From Mobula hypostoma (lineage: Eukaryota), in NCBI RefSeq assembly GCF_963921235.1, contig NC_086107.1:94862001-94926000 (forward strand): a DNA stretch of 64,000 bases. The letters run 5' to 3'. The position numbers and the translations under genes are program-made. This document shows, piece by piece, positions 62,765 to 64,000 of the stretch (position 1 is the first letter of the stretch; every line of letters begins with the position of its first letter). The notes below the pieces were generated by a model. That model did no database searches and was not told the origin of the DNA. It saw nothing but the letters and a program-made list of their open reading frames with translations.

Positions 62765-63700
62765 GAGTTGCTCTTTCCATCATGCTTCACAGTTGGGATG
62801 AGATTCTGCTGTCGGTATGCAGTGCCCTTTTCCTCCCAAACATAAGCAGTGTGTTTTTCTGCCAAAACTTTCAACTTTTCTTTCATTTATCCACAGAACA
62901 CTGTCCCAGAAGTGTTGTGGAACATCCAGGTGGTCTTTTGCAAACTTGAGATGTGCAGCAATGTTTTTGTTGAAAAGCAGTGGTTTCCTCCATGGTGTCC
63001 TTCCATGAACACCATTCTTGTTCATGTTTTTCTTATAGTGGACACAGGAACAGAGATTTTAGCAAGTTCTAGGGATTTCTGCAGGTCTTTTGCTGTTACC
63101 CTTGGGTACCTTTTTACCTCCTTCAGCATTGTACGTTGTGCTTTTGGTGTGATCTTTGCAGGATGCCCGCTCCTAGGGAGAGAGCAACAGAACTGAATTT
63201 CCTCCATTTGTAGACAATTTCTCTTACTGTGGACTGATGATCACTCAAGCCTTTAGAAATGCTTTTGTAGCCTTTTCCAGCTTCATGCATCTCTACAATT
63301 CTTCTAAAGTCCTCTGAAAGTGGTTTTGATCGAGGCACAGTGCACATAAGCAAATCTTTCTTCAGAAGAGCAGACTCTGTCAATAACCTGACTTTGGGTA
63401 TTTTATTTAATAGGGCAGGGCTGCTCTACAACCCACATCTCCAATCTCATCTCATCGATTGGAACATCTGACTCCAAATAGTTTTCGTAGAAGGCATTAA
63501 CCCAGAGGTTCATAAACTTTTTTTGAACCTGGACTGTGATTGTTTAAATGGTGTACTTAGCATTGATTAAAAGTACAATTGTTCGTGTGTTATAGTTTAG
63601 GCAGATTGTACATGTCTACTATTGTGACTTAGATGAAAATCAGTCCACATTTTATGAGTAATTAATACAGAAAGCCAGGTCATTCCAAAAGGTTCACAAC
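62765..63700 (-). mobile_element. Tc1 DNA transposon remnant (left end and N-terminal half of transposase, frameshifted)
   Basis: RIVEMHEAGKGYKSISK.L....STVREIVYKW; RSGHPAKIT..; GRTPWRKPLL....AAHLKFAKDHL...FWDSVLW; PTVKH. Confidence 0.92.
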
Positions 63701-63704
63701 TTAT

Positions 63705-64000
63705 TTAACATCACAAGCAAAAAAAAAGTAGAGGTAGTTTTCATGGGTTCAATGTTCATTCAGAAATCAGATGGCAGAGGGCAAGCAGCTATTCCTGAAT
63801 TGTTGAATATGTTCCCTTCGGCTCCTATACCTCCTCCCCGATTGTAGCAACGAGAGGAGGGCATGTCCTGGGCGAACGGGGGTGCTTAATAATGTATGGC
63901 ACCTTTTTGAAGCATTGCTCCTTGAAGATGTCCTGCATGCTGGTGAGGCTAATTCCCATGATGAAGCGGACTGAGTTTACAACTTTCTGCAGGTTAATTT
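63705..64000 (-). mobile_element. Rex1/Babar-type 3' fragment
   Basis: Same sequence family as 3345-3680 and 30120-30640. Confidence 0.75.

Noticed and set aside
34860..64000. Divergent neighbouring gene upstream of PRR12
   Set aside because: No exon-like sequence recognised; nearly all is TE-derived, though very short exons could be missed by eye.

Overview
Eukaryotic, repeat-dense vertebrate DNA, most likely a cartilaginous fish (inferred from HE1/V-SINE-type SINEs, abundant CR1 and Rex1/Babar LINEs, and a shark/ray-type ~66-bp repeat). The only host gene I can support is absent from the ORF track: the first coding exon of PRR12 on the minus strand (34381->34287, [31 protein letters not shown] + phase-2 GT donor), in a ~1.6 kb transposon-free promoter/5'UTR island. 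I found no exon 2, so 1-34286 is probably one intron of >34 kb, and 34.9-64 kb is upstream sequence. The rest is decayed mobile DNA and minisatellites: CR1, Rex1/Babar and RTE LINEs (several nested 2-3 deep), tRNA-derived SINEs, hAT, mariner, Tc1 and MITE DNA transposons, and four large minisatellites that produce the spurious long ORFs. The most notable signal is a dispersed family of Penelope-like element (PLE) terminal repeats. They carry a minimal hammerhead-ribozyme motif (agtc-CTGAyGA-a-GGGTCTCGGCCC-GAAA-CG-TC-gact) and often occur as fold-back inverted pairs; one copy has a 15-bp TSD and a GIY-YIG C-terminal remnant. There is no CRISPR, rRNA or tRNA gene and no prokaryotic system. TE family calls come from motif recognition, not database searches, and boundaries of decayed TEs are approximate.
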